From NCBI RefSeq assembly GCF_018350175.1, contig NC_058368.1, positions 214,894,001-214,958,000 of the forward strand: a DNA stretch of 64,000 bases. Direction: 5' to 3'. Within the stretch, counting starts at the first letter, position 1, and each line of letters starts with the position of its first letter. The notes under the pieces are model-generated. The model saw only the letters and a list, made by a program, of their open reading frames with translations. It made no database searches and was not told where the DNA came from. Both the position numbers and the translations under genes were made by a program. Shown in pieces: positions 23,744 to 37,745 of the stretch. The stretch comes from Felis catus. Its lineage: Eukaryota.

Positions 23744-25985
23744 TTTGATTGAAATATGTATTTTAATTTTACCACGTCCTTTTTCCAAAAGTGAAGACAT
23801 TTTAAATGCAACTGTAGCCCTCCAAATAATAGAAATTCATCTGTAGATCAGTTATATGGAGTTTGTTCTAATCTCTTCTGATCTTTGAGTTAATTTTTTG
23901 CCTGGGTATTGTTCCTACAGCACCTGTAAAATAATATATGGCAATTCCTAAAATGGGCAATAGTGGTGGCAGCTTTATAATTGCTGTGCAGGGAAAGCAA
24001 TCTTTTTGTAATAAGTAATCTAAACAAGCATTTGTATAGAACCTTATATAAAGTTAATTTTAATAAAATTGCTCATATCCAAAAATGAGGATAGGGCAAT
24101 AAAGATTAAGGTAGAAGGAAGGCTAAAGTCTTTCCTTCCCAAGCTATTTCTAGACACTATCACTGTTGCTTCAAACTCTCATTTACATATGTTCGCAGTG
24201 CCTGGACTTCTGCATTCGAGATTCTTAAATTAGGATTATTGACAACCCAACATGGCCTTTCTTTTACCTGTATTATGTCCCTCTGCTGCCCTCATCTGGT
24301 AAACAGTAACTCTTCCTCTGTGTTGATGAGATTTACTCTTGGAGGGAAAAACTGATACTCTGCATTTTGAGCAGTTTTGCAATTTGTAACTTTATAATCA
24401 GCAAATGTTGAGTCTTCAAAAGTGATTTAAAAAGGTAGGGTTTTTCAATAGTTCCTGAAAGAAAAATATTTACAGGAAATAAACATACCAAGTGACAAAG
24501 CATTTCTGCTCTTTTTCTGTGAACCAGTGACACAGAAACTGTGACCCCCATTATAGTGGCAGAAATCAACTTCAGCCCTACTGCAGTCTCTTGTGAAATG
24601 AAAACAAGAGAAGAAATTTCAGATGTATCAATATCCATAGTACATTCTTATTTTTAATTAAGTCTATATAGACATAAATGTCACAAGTTTTATGATTCCA
24701 ACTCCTCATCCTGGCCTGTAGTTTGATATGTTGAATAAATTTTGTGTTATTATGTTTATGCTAACTATTTTGATAAGAAATCCCATTTGGAGTGAGTTGG
24801 GTATCAATTAAATTTCATTACAGAAACATAAAGTATCCTCACTCACCATATTTTCTTGAGCATTTATTAATATTGAATATATTTCATCAAAAATATAATC
24901 ATGATAGGTGCTAATCCAATCTATATCTTTGCAATAATTGGAATGAAAAGCCTAGGTTTTTTTGTGAAATTTTATGGTTCAGCTATGTAGTATCAGGTAT
25001 TTAGCAATATCTCTTTAAACCAATTATTGCTTGAGAAAATAAAACAGAAATTGAAATGTTGAAATACTTCTATCTATCTGATAGACATTACTATTTTAGA
25101 TTTCATTGAAATAAAGTTTGGGAGATTTTACATTACGCTATGTTTGTATTGCTAGGAGATCTGCATTGTTTGGGATACTGTGCAGTTCATGCTTCCAAAA
25201 ATGTACATATTTTGGTTTATAGTCATAAGAAATAGCAGACTGTCATCAAGTGCTTCATTATCCCCAATAAAATACTTTACTAAGAACTGCAGAAGTTTCA
25301 GCCATGCTGTACTTTAATAGATTACTACAGTAGTATTTGAGAATAGATTTATTTTTCTAGGTTTAGTTTTAACAAGTTACATTGTTTCCACTAATGGGAT
25401 TAAAAAAAATCTTTGAGCTTCTAAAAACCAACGGAATACAATATATCTTTCATAATTTATCCTGATTTTCTTGTAGTGCCCACTACAGATACTCAGAAAC
25501 AGTAGGGAAAATAACCAAATCATAGTCCCATAGAACTTTAGAGGGATCTAAAGTTCTAATATAGGAGAAACTGATGGCATTGGTGGCACATTGAGAGAGA
25601 AGCACAGCACGTTTTCCCAGGTATGGGGATGGAAGTCCAGGGTATGCAAATAGTGAAAATACCTGGGGTGAAAGGTGGGCAGAGGAAGAAGCTAGTCAGG
25701 TGACAAAGTCTCTGATCCTGGAAAACACTTGAAAGAGCTGCAGTGTTCAGTAAGATAATAAGCTAGTATACTAACAACTGGGACTGAAGGGGAGAGAACA
25801 TATCTACAGTGGACAAGGAAGTTAAACAGGCTAAAAGCAGGCAGAGACCAATGCAGAAGCTAATGAACTTGAGGGGAATTCCAGAAGACTCTAGTAACTC
25901 AGCGTAAGTCTTTTCATACGTATTTTCCAGGTGCTGCAAACTAAAAGGCAACATGAAGATGGAGTTTGGATTTCTAAACTCTACT

Positions 25986-26210
25986 ATTTTTTTTCATTTA
26001 AAACAATTTTTTTTAATGTTTATTCATTTTTGAAAGACAGAGAGAGACAGCGTGAGTGGGGAGGGGCAGAGAGAGAGGGAGACACAGAATCCGAAGCAAG
26101 CTCCAGGCTCTGAGCTGTCAGCTCCAACAGAGGGCTGGAGCCCATGGATCGCGAGATCATGACCCAAGGTGAAGTTGGCCACTTAACTGACTGAGCCACC
26201 CAGGTGCCCC
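25986..26210 (-). mobile_element. CAN-SINE
   Basis: Reverse-complement SINE; TSD aactctactatt / aactctgttatt. Confidence 0.9.
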
Positions 26211-26836
26211 TTTAACTCTGTTATTAATTTCAGTCCTAATCTCTCTGCTTTGCAAATAAGCTTGCCACAGCTGCCCAAAGAAAAATGTATGTTCTAATAA
26301 CTTTTGAAACCGTAGCATGCCAATAAATAAATAACTTGTGTTTTGTTTTGGTCCCTCCTCCTACCTTTTCTCACTTCTCTATCTCTTGACCTCTCATCTC
26401 TCCTCCTTTCTCCTCACTTTTCCTTCTCTTGCTTTCTTTTCTTTTACTTCCTTCCGTCTCTCCTTCCTTTCTTTTTTTTAAATTAAATTTTTTTTTAATT
26501 TATATCCAAGTTAGCATATAGTGCAACAATGATTTCAGGAGTAGATTCCTTAACGCCCCTTACCCATTTAGCACCCCCCTCCCTCAATCCCTCCAGCAGC
26601 CCTCTGTTCTCCATATTTAAGAGTCTCTTATGTTTTGCCCCTCTCCCTGTTTTTATATTATTTTTGCTTCCCTTCCCTTGTGTTCATCTGTTCTGTGTCT
26701 CAAAGTCCTCATATGAGTGAAGTCATATGACATTTGTCTTTCTCTGACTAATTTCACTTAACATAATACCCTCTAGTTCCATCCACGTACATGTGAATAG
26801 CAAGATTTCATTTGTTTTGATTGCCTAGCAATACTC

Positions 26837-26838
<2 letters not shown>

Positions 26839-26869
<31 letters not shown>
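26839..26869. repeat. (GT)n microsatellite inside L1
   Basis: Direct reading. Confidence 0.95.
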
Positions 26870-26871
<2 letters not shown>

Positions 26872-28773
26872 CTTTATCTATTTATCCATTGCTGGACATT
26901 TGGGCTCTTTCCATACTTTGCTATTGTTGATGGTGCTGCTATAAACATTGGGGTGCATGTGTCCCTTCAAAACAGCATACCTGTATCCTTTGGACAAGTA
27001 CCTAGTAGTGCAATTGCTGGGTTGTAGGGTAGTTCTATTTTTAATTTTTTGAGGAACCTCCATACTGTTTTCCAGAGTGGCCGCACCAGTTTGCATTCCC
27101 ACCAGCAGTGAAAAAGAAATCCTCTTTCCCTGCATCCTCGCCAACATCAGTTGTTGCCTGAGTTGTTGTTAGCCATTCTGATGGGTGTGAGGTGGTATCT
27201 CATTGTGGTTTTGATTTGCATTTCCCTGATGCTGAGTGATGTGGAGCATTTTTTCATGTGTTGGTTGGCCACCTGGATGTCTTCTTTGGAGAAGTGTCTA
27301 TTCATGTCTTTTGCCTTTGCCCATTTATTCACTGGATTACTTGTTTTTTGGGGATTGAGTTTGAGAAGTTCTTTATAGATTTTGGATACTAACCCTTTAT
27401 CTGATATGTTGTTCGCAAATATCTTCTCTGATTCCATCGGTTGCCTTTTAGTTTTGCTGATCGTTTCCTTCGCTGTGCAGAAGGTTTTAATTTTGATGAG
27501 GTCCCAATAGTTCATTTTTGCTTTTGTTTCTCTTGCCTCTGGAGATGTGTTGAGTAAGAAGTTGCTGTGGCCAAGGTCAAAGAGGTTTTGCCTGCTTTCT
27601 CCTCAAGGATTTTGATGGCTTCCTGTCTTATGTTGTGGTCTTCCATCGATTTTGAGTTTGGTGTAAGAAAATTTTTTTGTGTATGGTGTAAGAAAGTGGT
27701 CCAGGTTCATTTTTCTGTATGTCGCTGTCCTGTTTTCCCAGCACCACTTGCTGAAGAGACTGTCTTTATTCCACTGGATATTCTTTCCTGCTTTGTCAAA
27801 GATTAGTTGGCCATACATTTGTGGGTCCATTCTGGGTTCTCTATTCTGTTCCATTTATCTGAGTGTCTGTTTTTGTGCCATTACCACACTGTCTTGATGA
27901 TTACAGCTTTGTAATACAGCTTTAAGTAGGGGATTATAATGCTTCCTGCTTTGGTTTTCTTTTTCAAGACTGCTTTGGCTATTCAGGGTCTTTTCTGATT
28001 CCATACAAATTTTAGGACTGTTTGTTCTAGCCCTGTGAAGAATGCTGGTGTTATATTGATAGGGATTGCATTGAATATGTAGATTGCTTTGGGTAATATT
28101 GACATTTTAAGAATATTTGTTCTTCTTATCCAGGAGCATGAAATCCTTTCCCATTTTTTTGTGTGTCTTCTTCAATTTCTTTCATAAGCTTTGTATAGTT
28201 TTCAGTGTGTAGATTTGTCACCTCTTTGGTTAGATTTATTCCTGGGTATTTTATGGTTTTTGGGCAATTGTAAAAGGGACCAACTCCTTGATTTCTCTTT
28301 TTGTTGCTTCATTCTTGGTGTATAGGAATGCAACTAATTTCTGTGCATTGATTTTATATCCTGCCACTTTGCTGAATTCATGAAAAGTTTTAGCAGTTTT
28401 TTGGTGGAATCATTTGGGTTTTCCATATAGAGAACCATGTCATCTGTGAAGAGTGAAAGTTTGACCTCCTCTGGGATGATTTGGATGCCTTTCACATCTT
28501 TGTGTTGTCTGATTGCTGAGGCTAAGACTTCCAATACTATGTTGAATAACAGTGGTGAGAGTGGACATCCTGTCTTGTTCCTGACCTTAGGGGGAAAGCT
28601 CTCAGTTTTTCTGCCTTGAGGATGATATTAGCGTTGGGTCTTTCATATATGGCTTTTATGATCTCGAGGTATGATCTTTCTATCCCTCCTTTCTTGAGGG
28701 TTTTTATCAAGAAAGCATGCTGTATTTTGTCAAATGCTTTTTCTGCATCTATTGAGAGGATCATGTGATTCTT

Positions 28774-29010
28774 TTTAAAACATTTTTTTATTTAAAATTT
28801 TTTTTAACATTTATTTATTATTGAGAGACAGAGAGACACAGAGCATGAGCAAGGGAGGGGCTGAGAGATGGAGAGACACAGAATCTGAAGCAGGCTCCAG
28901 GCCCTGAGCTGTCAGCACAGAGCCTGACACGGGGCTCGAACTCACAAACCACGAGATCATGACCTGATCCAAAGTCGGACGCTCAACTGACTGAGCCACC
29001 CAGGCGCCCT
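28774..29010 (-). mobile_element. CAN-SINE inserted in L1 ORF2
   Basis: Perfect 18-bp TSD gaggatcatgtgattctt (28756-28773, 29011-29028). Confidence 0.95.
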
Positions 29011-30850
29011 GAGGATCATGTGATTCTTGTCCTTTCTTTTATTGATGGTGATTGATCACATTGATTGTTTCGCAGATATTGAACCAGCCCTGCATCTGAG
29101 GTATAAATCTCACTTGGTCGTGGTGAATAATTTTTTTAATGTTTTGTTGGATCTGGTTGGCTAATATCTTGTTGAGGATTTTTGCATCCATGCTCATCAG
29201 GGAATTTGGTCTATAGTTCTTTTTAGTGGGGTCTCTGGCTGGTTTTGGAATCAAGGTAATGCTGGCTTCATAGAAAGAGTTTGGAAGTTTTCCTTCCATT
29301 TCTACTTTTTGGAACACCTTCAAGAGAATAGGTGTTAACTCTTCCTTAAATGTTTGGTAGAATTCCCCTGGAAAGCTGTCTGGCCCTGGACTCTTGTTTT
29401 TTGGGAGATTTTTGATTACTAATTTGATTTCCTTAATGGTTATGGGTCTGTTCAAATTTTCTATTTCTTCCTGTTTCAGTTTTGGTAGTGTATATGTTTC
29501 TAGGAATTTGTCCATTTCTTCCAGATTGCCCATTTTATTGGCGTATAATGGCTCATAGTAGTCTCTTTTTATTGTTTTTATTTATGCTGTGTTGGTTGTG
29601 ATCTCTCTCCTCTCATTCTTGATTTTATTTATTTGGGTCCTTTCCTTTTTCTTTTTGATCAAACTGGCTAGTGGTTTATCAATTTTGTTAATTCTTTCAA
29701 AGAACCAGCTTCTGGTTTCATTGATCTGTTCTACTGTTTTTTTGGTTTCTGCTCTAGTTGATTCTGCTGTAATATTTGTTGTTTCCCATCTTCTGCTGGT
29801 TTTGGGTTTTATTTGCTGTTCTTTTTCCAGATCTTTAAGGTGTAAGATTAGGTTGTGTATCTGAGATCTTTCTTCCTTCTTTAGGAAGGCCTAGATTGCT
29901 ATATACTTTTATGACCACCTTCATTGAATCCCAGAGGTTTTGGGCTATGATGTTATCATTTTCATTGGCTTCCATGTACTTTTTCATTTCCTCTTTAACC
30001 TCTTGGTTAGCCCATTCATTCTTTAGTAGGATGTTCTTTAGTTTCCAAGTATTTTGTTATCTTTCCAAATTTTTTCTTGTGGTTGATTTTGAGTTTCATA
30101 GTGTCATGGTCTGAAAATCTGCACGGTATGATCTTGATCTTTTTGTAGTTGTTGAGGGCTTTTTGTATCCCAGTATGTGATCTATTCTGGAGAACATTCT
30201 GTGTGCACTGGAGAAGAATTTATATTCCGCTGCTTTAGGATGAAATCTTCTGCATATATATGTTAAATCCATCTGGTCCAGTGTGTCATTCAAGCCATTG
30301 TTTCCTTGTTGATTTTCTGATGAGGTGATCTGTCCATTGTTGTAAGTGGGGTGTTGAAGTCCCCTACTATTATGGTATTATTATCAATGAGTTTCTTATG
30401 TTTGTGATTGATTGATTTATATATTTGGGTGCTGTCACATTTGGAACATAAATGTTTACAATTAGGTCTTCTTGGTGGGTAGACCCCTTAATTATGATAT
30501 AATGCCCTTGTTTATCTGTTGTTACTGTCTTTACTTTAAAATCTAGATTGTCTGATATAAGAATGGCTTCTCCGGCTTTCTTTTGTCGACCATTAGCATG
30601 ATAGATGGTTCTCCATCCCCTACTTTTAGTCTGAAGTTGTCTTTAGGTGTAAAGTGAGTGTCTTGTAAACAGCATATAGATGGATCTTGTTTTCTTATCC
30701 ATTGTTACCATATGTCTTTTTATTGGAGCATTTAGTCCATTGACATTTAGAGTGAGTACTGAAAGATATGAATTTATTGCCATTATGTTTTGTAGCATTG
30801 GAGTGTCTGGTGGTATTCTCTGGTCCTTTCTAGTCTTTGTTGCTTTTGGC

Positions 30851-31010
<160 letters not shown>

Positions 31011-31023
31011 ATCTTTTCTCCCC

Positions 31024-31903
31024 TCAGAGAGTCTCCCTTAAAATTTCCTTCAGAAATGGTTTAGTGGTCACAATCTCCTTTAATTTTTGTTTGGGAAACT
31101 TTTTATCTCTCCTTCTATTTTGAATGACAGCCTTGCTGGATAAAGAATTCTTGGCTGCATATTTTTCTGATACAGCACATTGGATATATCCTGCCACTCC
31201 TTTTCTGGCCTGCCAAGTTTCTGTGGATAGGTCTGGTGCAAACCTGATCTATCTTCCCTTGTAGGTTAAGGACTTTTTTTCCCTTGCTGCTTTCATTATT
31301 CTTTCCTTGCCTGAGTATTTTGTGAATTTGACTGTGATATGCCTTGGTGATGGTCAGTTTTTGTTGAATCTAATGGGAGTCCTCTGTGCTTCCTGGATTT
31401 TGATGCCCGTGTCTTTCCCCAGGTTAGGAAAGTTTTCCACTATGATTTGCTCACATAACCCTTCTACCCCCTTTTCTCTCTCTTCCTCTTCTGGGACCCC
31501 TATGATTCTGATGTTGTTCCTTTTTAATGAGTCACTGATTTCTCTAATTCTTAAATAATGCTCTTTTGCCTTAGTTTCCCTCTTTTTTTCTGCTTCATTA
31601 TTCTCCATAAGTTTGTCCTCTGTATCACTAATTTGCTGCTCTGCCTCCTCAGTCTTTGCCACCATGGCATCCATTCAAGATTACAGCTCAATTATAGCAT
31701 TTTTTTATTTCATCCTGACTAGCTTTTACTTCTTTTATCTCCACAGAAAGGGATTCTAATCTATTTTCGACCCCAGCTAGTATTATTCTTATTGTGATTC
31801 TAAATACTAGTTCAGGCATCTTGCTTGTATCTGTGTTGGTTAAGTCCCTGGCTGACGTTTCTTCCTGCTCTTTCTTTTGGGGTAAATTCCTACATTTCAT
31901 CAT
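31024..31903 (-). pseudogene. Disrupted L1 ORF1
   Basis: MMKCRNLPQKKEQEE... and ...LKRNNIRIIGVPEEEEREKG... in different frames; ends EILRETL*. Confidence 0.9.
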
Positions 31904-32475
31904 TTTGAAGGAAGAAAAGGAATTAATGAGGTAAAAAAATTAAAATGAAAAAAATTAAAATTAAAAAATTACACACACACACACACACACACAGAGAAAT
32001 CAGTTAAACGATGCTAGATCCTAGGTGTGTTTTGGTTGGGTGTTGAAAGGGGCTTGATAGATTAGAGAGAAAAGGGGGAAAAAAGAAAGAAAACATTTGA
32101 AAATTTGAAAAAATGAATACAATGAAATAAAATGAAATGATGGAAGTAAAATAGAATTTGAAAAATTTACAAAAAAGTAAAAATATAGTAGAAAAACATT
32201 AAAGAAAAAATATTTTTAATAAAAGTTGAAAATAAAAATAAATATTTTCTCTTTCTGTATTCAAGAAAAAGAAAAGAAATGAAAAAGAAAAAAAAATAAA
32301 ATTGAATAGATGGACCAGCAAACAGACTGAAATATGATTGAAATTACATCATTTTCCCCTAGAAGTCAAACCATGAAGCACTTTATAGTCCATCAATTCA
32401 GCAGGTGGAGGCCTTTGTGTTCCTGAAGAGTGAGGTTGGCCCAGTTGGGCGGGTCTTAGTGTAACAGCTCCATTC

Positions 32476-32492
32476 TCCACTAGATGGCGCTG
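32476..32492 (+). promoter_or_regulatory. CTCF core motif match in older L1 5'UTR
   Basis: TCCACTAGATGGCGCTG versus consensus CCAC(C/T)AG(A/G)(G/T)GGC(A/G)C. Motif only; binding not shown. Confidence 0.55.
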
Positions 32493-33953
32493 CTTAGTTT
32501 TCTGCCGTGGATTGTTGTGGTACTTGTAAGTGTGTATGTACATGTGTGGGAGGGGTGAAAGTGGCATCACCCAGCTACCCAGTCTAGTATCAGAACCCTG
32601 TGCTCTCCTAGACCAGTGATTGCACACCTGTCCTTTGTCTTTGGCTTCCGTTGGCTACCCACTTTTGCACTGTCCATGACCATGCCTGCAGGTTGCCAGG
32701 AGGCACCTCCCTCCTGAGTTTTTATCTCAGATGTGGCTGTTTTTCCCGACCCCCTACTTCTGAGGGACTGCAGCTTTGATCCGCTCAGATCCTCTGGGAG
32801 AATGTCTCACTGAGCAATGGCCCAGTGCTGGCCGCACCCAGGAACGTTTGCGGGACCGTATGGCTTCCAATGACCAGAGACTATGGCTGGGTGCCAGTCT
32901 GTCCCAGAAAAAATTCACGACATCGTGTAGAAGCAGCGTTTCAGGGATTATGGAAAATCACAACACACATCTGGCACCAGGCTTCACTTTTAATGACCTT
33001 GTTCCAGCACCTGTGAGTGTGATTGTTTTCTGGGGTCCACTGGGGCCTTTGCCTGTGGGGGGCTGCAAGCCTCTACCAAATGTCCGCTGAGTAGAGAAAC
33101 TGCCTCTCCCTGTGTTGCCTGAGGAACCCTGGACTTCACTCTATTCCTGGGATTCACCCTTCCCACCAGAACACCACCAGGTATTGAGCTGCGGAATTTC
33201 AGACTCTGCACTCCCCCGGTTTATAAAGTCTTAATGGAATTTAAACCCTCTCCTTTCTCCTTTCTCACTTTTTAGTTCAGTCCCTGTAGCTGTTTCCACT
33301 TTTCCACTTTCTCTCCACCTGCTTTTGGGGGGGGGTGCTTTTCCCACATTCTACCCCCACCATCTCTGTCCTCTCTCCTCAAGCAAAAACAGCTCCCTGT
33401 CCTCTGCAACTTCTCTCTACCCCACTTCACCTCTCCACACCGTGTACCTGCTAAGTTCTGTGGTTCAGGTTGTGCAGATGGTTGTGTTAATCCTCAGATC
33501 AGTTTTCTAGGTGTGCAGGATGGCTTAGTGTTGATCTGGCTATATTTAATGGATGCAAGATGCAAAAAAAACTTCCATGCTGTTCCACCATCTTGGCTCC
33601 CCCTGAGAGATTGATGACAGAGGCATTGCTGGAGAAGGTCATCAAGAGGGTGTCTCTCTTTCCTTTCAATAGTGTGTCTATACTGATTTAGGTACTAGTT
33701 CCCTGCTGTTAGTATGTTCCTCTCCAATGTGCTTTAACATTGTGTCTCGTGTAATCTCCTCAGGTTAAATTTACTAGGACAATATTCTGGTCTCCTAAAT
33801 TCATTTCCCAAAATACATTATAAAATAGCTTTTTATTACCTGTTGGAAAAATTTCTAATTTTTTTGGACTTGCAAGAGCCTTAGTAATTTACCCTCAGTT
33901 TGTTTTTCAGATTATCACCATTTAGGAATACTGTCTTGCATTTACTGTATTTT

Positions 33954-34195
33954 ATTTTATTAAAAAATTTTTTTAACATTTCTTCATTTTTGAGAGAGAG
34001 ACAGAGAGACAGAGAGAGACAGAGCACAAGCAGGGGTGGGGCAGAGAGAGAGGGAAACACTGAATCTGAAGCAGGCTCCAGGATCTGAGCTGTCAGCACA
34101 GAGCCCAATATGGGGCTCAAACTCACAAACCACGAGATCATGACCTGAGCCGAAGTTGGACACTTACTTAACTGACTGAGCCACCCAGGTGCCCC
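33954..34195 (-). mobile_element. CAN-SINE
   Basis: TSD atttactgtatttt (33940-33953, 34198-34211) followed by AA. Confidence 0.93.
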
Positions 34196-35119
34196 ATATT
34201 TACTGTATTTTAATGAAACAGGTATTTTGTTATTCTCCAACCTTGCCATATATCAGTATTTCTAAAACTTTTTTTCAAAGTCCCACAAATGACAGAATTA
34301 AGCAAGTACATATACTTATTGTCCTGAAGAGAATGAAAAATTTTAGAAGATTATGTTGTTTACATTATGGTTTTATATATATCAAACCATATATATATAT
34401 AACCATTTTTTAGAGTAATAACATATTTCTTGGTATCAGGAAGAAGGCAAAAAAAAATCAACATTTCTAAATGGATAATGTGAGAGACGTTTTTCTAGAT
34501 CTATCAACTTTTGAAAGTAAGACTATTAAAAAGTTGACTATTGGTACAGAATACCACTTTTTTACATTCTCTGTTTTGTTACAATATTTTGAGAAGCATA
34601 ATTCATTTAAATCTTTGATTATTTTTATGTTATTTTTCAGTAACAAGCTGATGCAAATTATCGTAAGTACACAAATTTCGGTAACCTGTCAAAGATATGG
34701 TATCATGAAAATTAATCATGCTACTGAGAGTAGGAATCTCAAAAAATGAAACTTCCTGATTTAAGGTCTAAACACTTTTTATATGGCAGAATGATGGAAT
34801 CTCTGACCATTAGTCTTTCTGACTCCTTTAGGGAAATATTTGTCAAGTAATATTTAATTGCGAAAAGATGACTGATAATGGTTTCTATTTAACCACCAAT
34901 GCTGTAGCTTTCATCACATGTAATTGAACATACTGTCTCAAATGACTACCTAGTATCTATGATCTCTTTTTTTCTGCCAACTCATAATCTTCATTTCAAT
35001 GACTTTGATGATGACGTATATAGTAAAAGCATTAAAAATGTTGATAACTAGTGTTTTATACTTAAAATAATCTGGTCGAGGTTTTGAGCCATATAATAAT
35101 ATGCAGTCTATGAATTAAT

Positions 35120-37310
35120 TACATGTTCTGATTACCAATTTCAGCATAACAAACTGGCCCAATATTTGATAACTTTAAATAAAAATTTACCATTGTGTCT
35201 CATAGTTCTATAGTTTGACTAGGCTTGGCTAAGCAATTCTTATTTATGATTTTCATAAAATTTCCATTAGATAGTGGCTTTAGACATCTAAACTTTCCAT
35301 TGGTCTTGAATGTCCAAGATGGCAAACTAGCATGGCTAGTGGTTGATGCTGAATGTTGACTCAGACTTGAGTTAGGTTTGCAAATGTGGTACCTACTAAT
35401 GGTATTTCCATTTGGCTTGAGTTTCTCAACATATGGTTTCTGAGTTGTGAAAGAGCATCCTCAAATCAATATTCCAAAAGGCCCATGCAGAAGCACAGCC
35501 TTGAAAGTAAAACAACATAATTTGCTGCATTATATTGCTGGTAGCATTCTCAGGACCTACTCAGATTCAGTGGTACGGAGAGTTAGACTCTTGTTTAGAG
35601 ACTCACAGGATCATTTTGCAGAAGACTATGTATAATAAGACATCTTACTGAAGTCCTCTTTGCAAAATGCAATCTGAAACAGTCTTTCCTCTGATAATAA
35701 CAATTCACATCTTTTCTACATGTAAAATAAATGTATTTTATTTATTGTATTTTAAAATGTATTTTAGAGTGAATGCACTCTATACCCCAATAGATCATAC
35801 TAGTACATCATCAGTTTAAGTTCAAGCCTCAGCTAAAAGTCTAGAATCTCATCATCTCAGTTATGTCAAGGTATAGAGGAGGCTCCTTGAGATCAAAGCT
35901 TCAAGCATGCAAGTCCTTTTATCTGAAAATCTTTGAGCTAAAGAGACAAATTACCTGTACCTCCTACATTCAACATGTAATGTGGAGGCAGGCATTCATT
36001 TGGGTATTCCCATTAGGAAATAGGAAGAATGGGATGTACAGTAGAAGTCATTGGTTCCTGACAGCCAGTTATATGAACCAGTCCCTTGATTAGGTCCCAG
36101 TCCTTTCCCCTCAGGGTGGTTTTCTATGGTTTTGGTTTTACCTTCTGATGCTTGGTTCTGACTCTGAGTCACTTTCCTTTTTCATTAGAAATAACTTCTG
36201 TTTGTTGCTGAGATTTCCCAATATGCTTCCTAAGTATAAAAGGTTGAAGAAAAGACAACTACTTTCATTTTGAGCCACCTTTGTCACCTTTGTCACAACA
36301 TAACGGCACATCTCCTAATACAGTTCTCTTTTAAACAATGTGGTTTTTATGTGTATGTGAATAATACTGGGACTTGGACACGAGGAACACCCTGACATTT
36401 CTGTGACACAGGCCTTTCTCTGGTGTGGAATGAGAGGTGATACTGGGAAACTTTAGGATTCTTAAGGTCTTTTGGTTTATTAGATGAAGTCTAGAAGGAA
36501 TTCCCTTATGAAATTTAGATACCTTTTTGTCTAGCTCAGGGTTAGCAAACTTGGCCTGTGGACTAAATTTGGCCTGCCACCTGTTTTTTGTATATAGGTT
36601 TATTAGAGCACAGCCACACTCATTCATTTTTGTATTGTCTGTGTCTGCTTTCTAGACAATGACAATTAAATGTTGTTGCAGCGATCATATGGCCAACAGT
36701 CTAAAATATTTTACCATCTGGTGATTTCAAAGAGAAAAAAAAAAGTTTTCTGACCCCTGGCCTAGATGATATGGTCTACAAGGCACTGCCTTATATCTTT
36801 CTGATGTCTTAACAAAGCATTTACAATCATCCCCCCCTCCCACCCACCCCCACCTTAGTGATGTCAATGTTATCTTGGGATTATGTTTTGGTAGCAGCAT
36901 CCTGGAATTTACCTTTGCTCTGATGTTATTTCCTTTTATGAAAACTATTTTTTTTTCTTCCTGTATGGAAAGACATGCAGTGAAAAACATTATTTTCTAG
37001 CTCAACAAGTCTTGGCTTCTTTATATTTTGACTAAATTCTACTTAAAGTCAAACATTACCTTATCTCTCTATACTTCTTGCTACCGTACACAGCTAAAAT
37101 TCTGCTTGGAAATCTCCTTAGACAGATCCACCAGATCTAAAGAAAATTTTCTATTTTTCACGTTACTGCAGGCTATGGTTCTGTTAAACTTTTTGTTACA
37201 CGTGTCATCTTTATTCCAGTTTCTTATAAGAATTTTCTGTGTCCCTCCTTTTTTACACTAACCTTCTTGATAACTTTCTGGACTCTGCCTACATCATGGT
37301 CACAGGGCTA
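35120..37310 (-). mobile_element. MaLR element: MLT1-like LTR (~35120-35680) plus internal sequence
   Basis: LTR blocks (gcataacaaac..., tccaagatggc, gcaaaatgcaatctgaaaca) followed by an MLT-int-like start (cctctgataataacaattcacatc); heavily diverged. Confidence 0.55.
36537..36759. mobile_element. MER58A-type hAT-Charlie MITE
   Basis: Terminal inverted repeats caggggttagcaaact ... agttttctgacccctg; 8-bp TSD gtctagct / gcctagat resembling NTCTAGAN. Confidence 0.88.
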
Positions 37311-37532
37311 ATGTTCTAGTTCATGAATTCATGAATTCGTCTAGCTCTAGTAGTTTTTCTGAAGTTATTAAGACACAAATCCCGGATTTTTGGGGGGGCC
37401 CAGACTTTTTATCTTTTCTTGAGACACTTTCAAAAGTCCATACAAAAGTATGATTTCACATAGATTTTAAAATATAAATTTAAACATATAACATTTGTAC
37501 TCTTTTGTCTATCTTCATTTTTACTGTATTTT

Positions 37533-37745
37533 ATTTTATTAAAAATTTTTTTTACATTTATTTATTTTTGATAGAAACAGAGCACAAGTGGGGGAGGGGC
37601 AGAGAGAGGAGACACAGAATCCAAAGCAGGTTCCAGGCTCCGAGCTGTCAGCACAGAGCCCTACATGGGGCTCGAACTCACAAACTGTGAGATCATGACA
37701 TGAGCCAAAGTCAATGCTCAACCGACTGAGGCACCCAGGTGCCCC
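37533..37745 (-). mobile_element. CAN-SINE
   Basis: Reverse-complement SINE; TSD tttactgtatttt / tttactgtgtatttt. Confidence 0.92.

Larger units (their letters stand above)
26708..30783 (-). pseudogene. Disrupted L1 ORF2 (endonuclease/reverse transcriptase)
   Basis: Starts MAINSYLSVLTLNVNGLNAPIKR; fragments with KSPGPD, IIHHDQV, LFTDDM; many frameshifts and a SINE insertion. Confidence 0.9.

Noticed and set aside
24268..24337. Possible 70-nt minus-strand exon (ccctccaAG...CAG|GTAAAA) with one open frame SKSHQHRGRVTVYQMRAAEGHNT
   Set aside because: Peptide not recognised, no partner exons, and splice signals of this strength occur by chance.
33881..34249. 122-aa ORF and similar MAQSV.../ASDSVSPSLSAPP ORFs
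   Set aside because: Read-through of CAN-SINE sequence.
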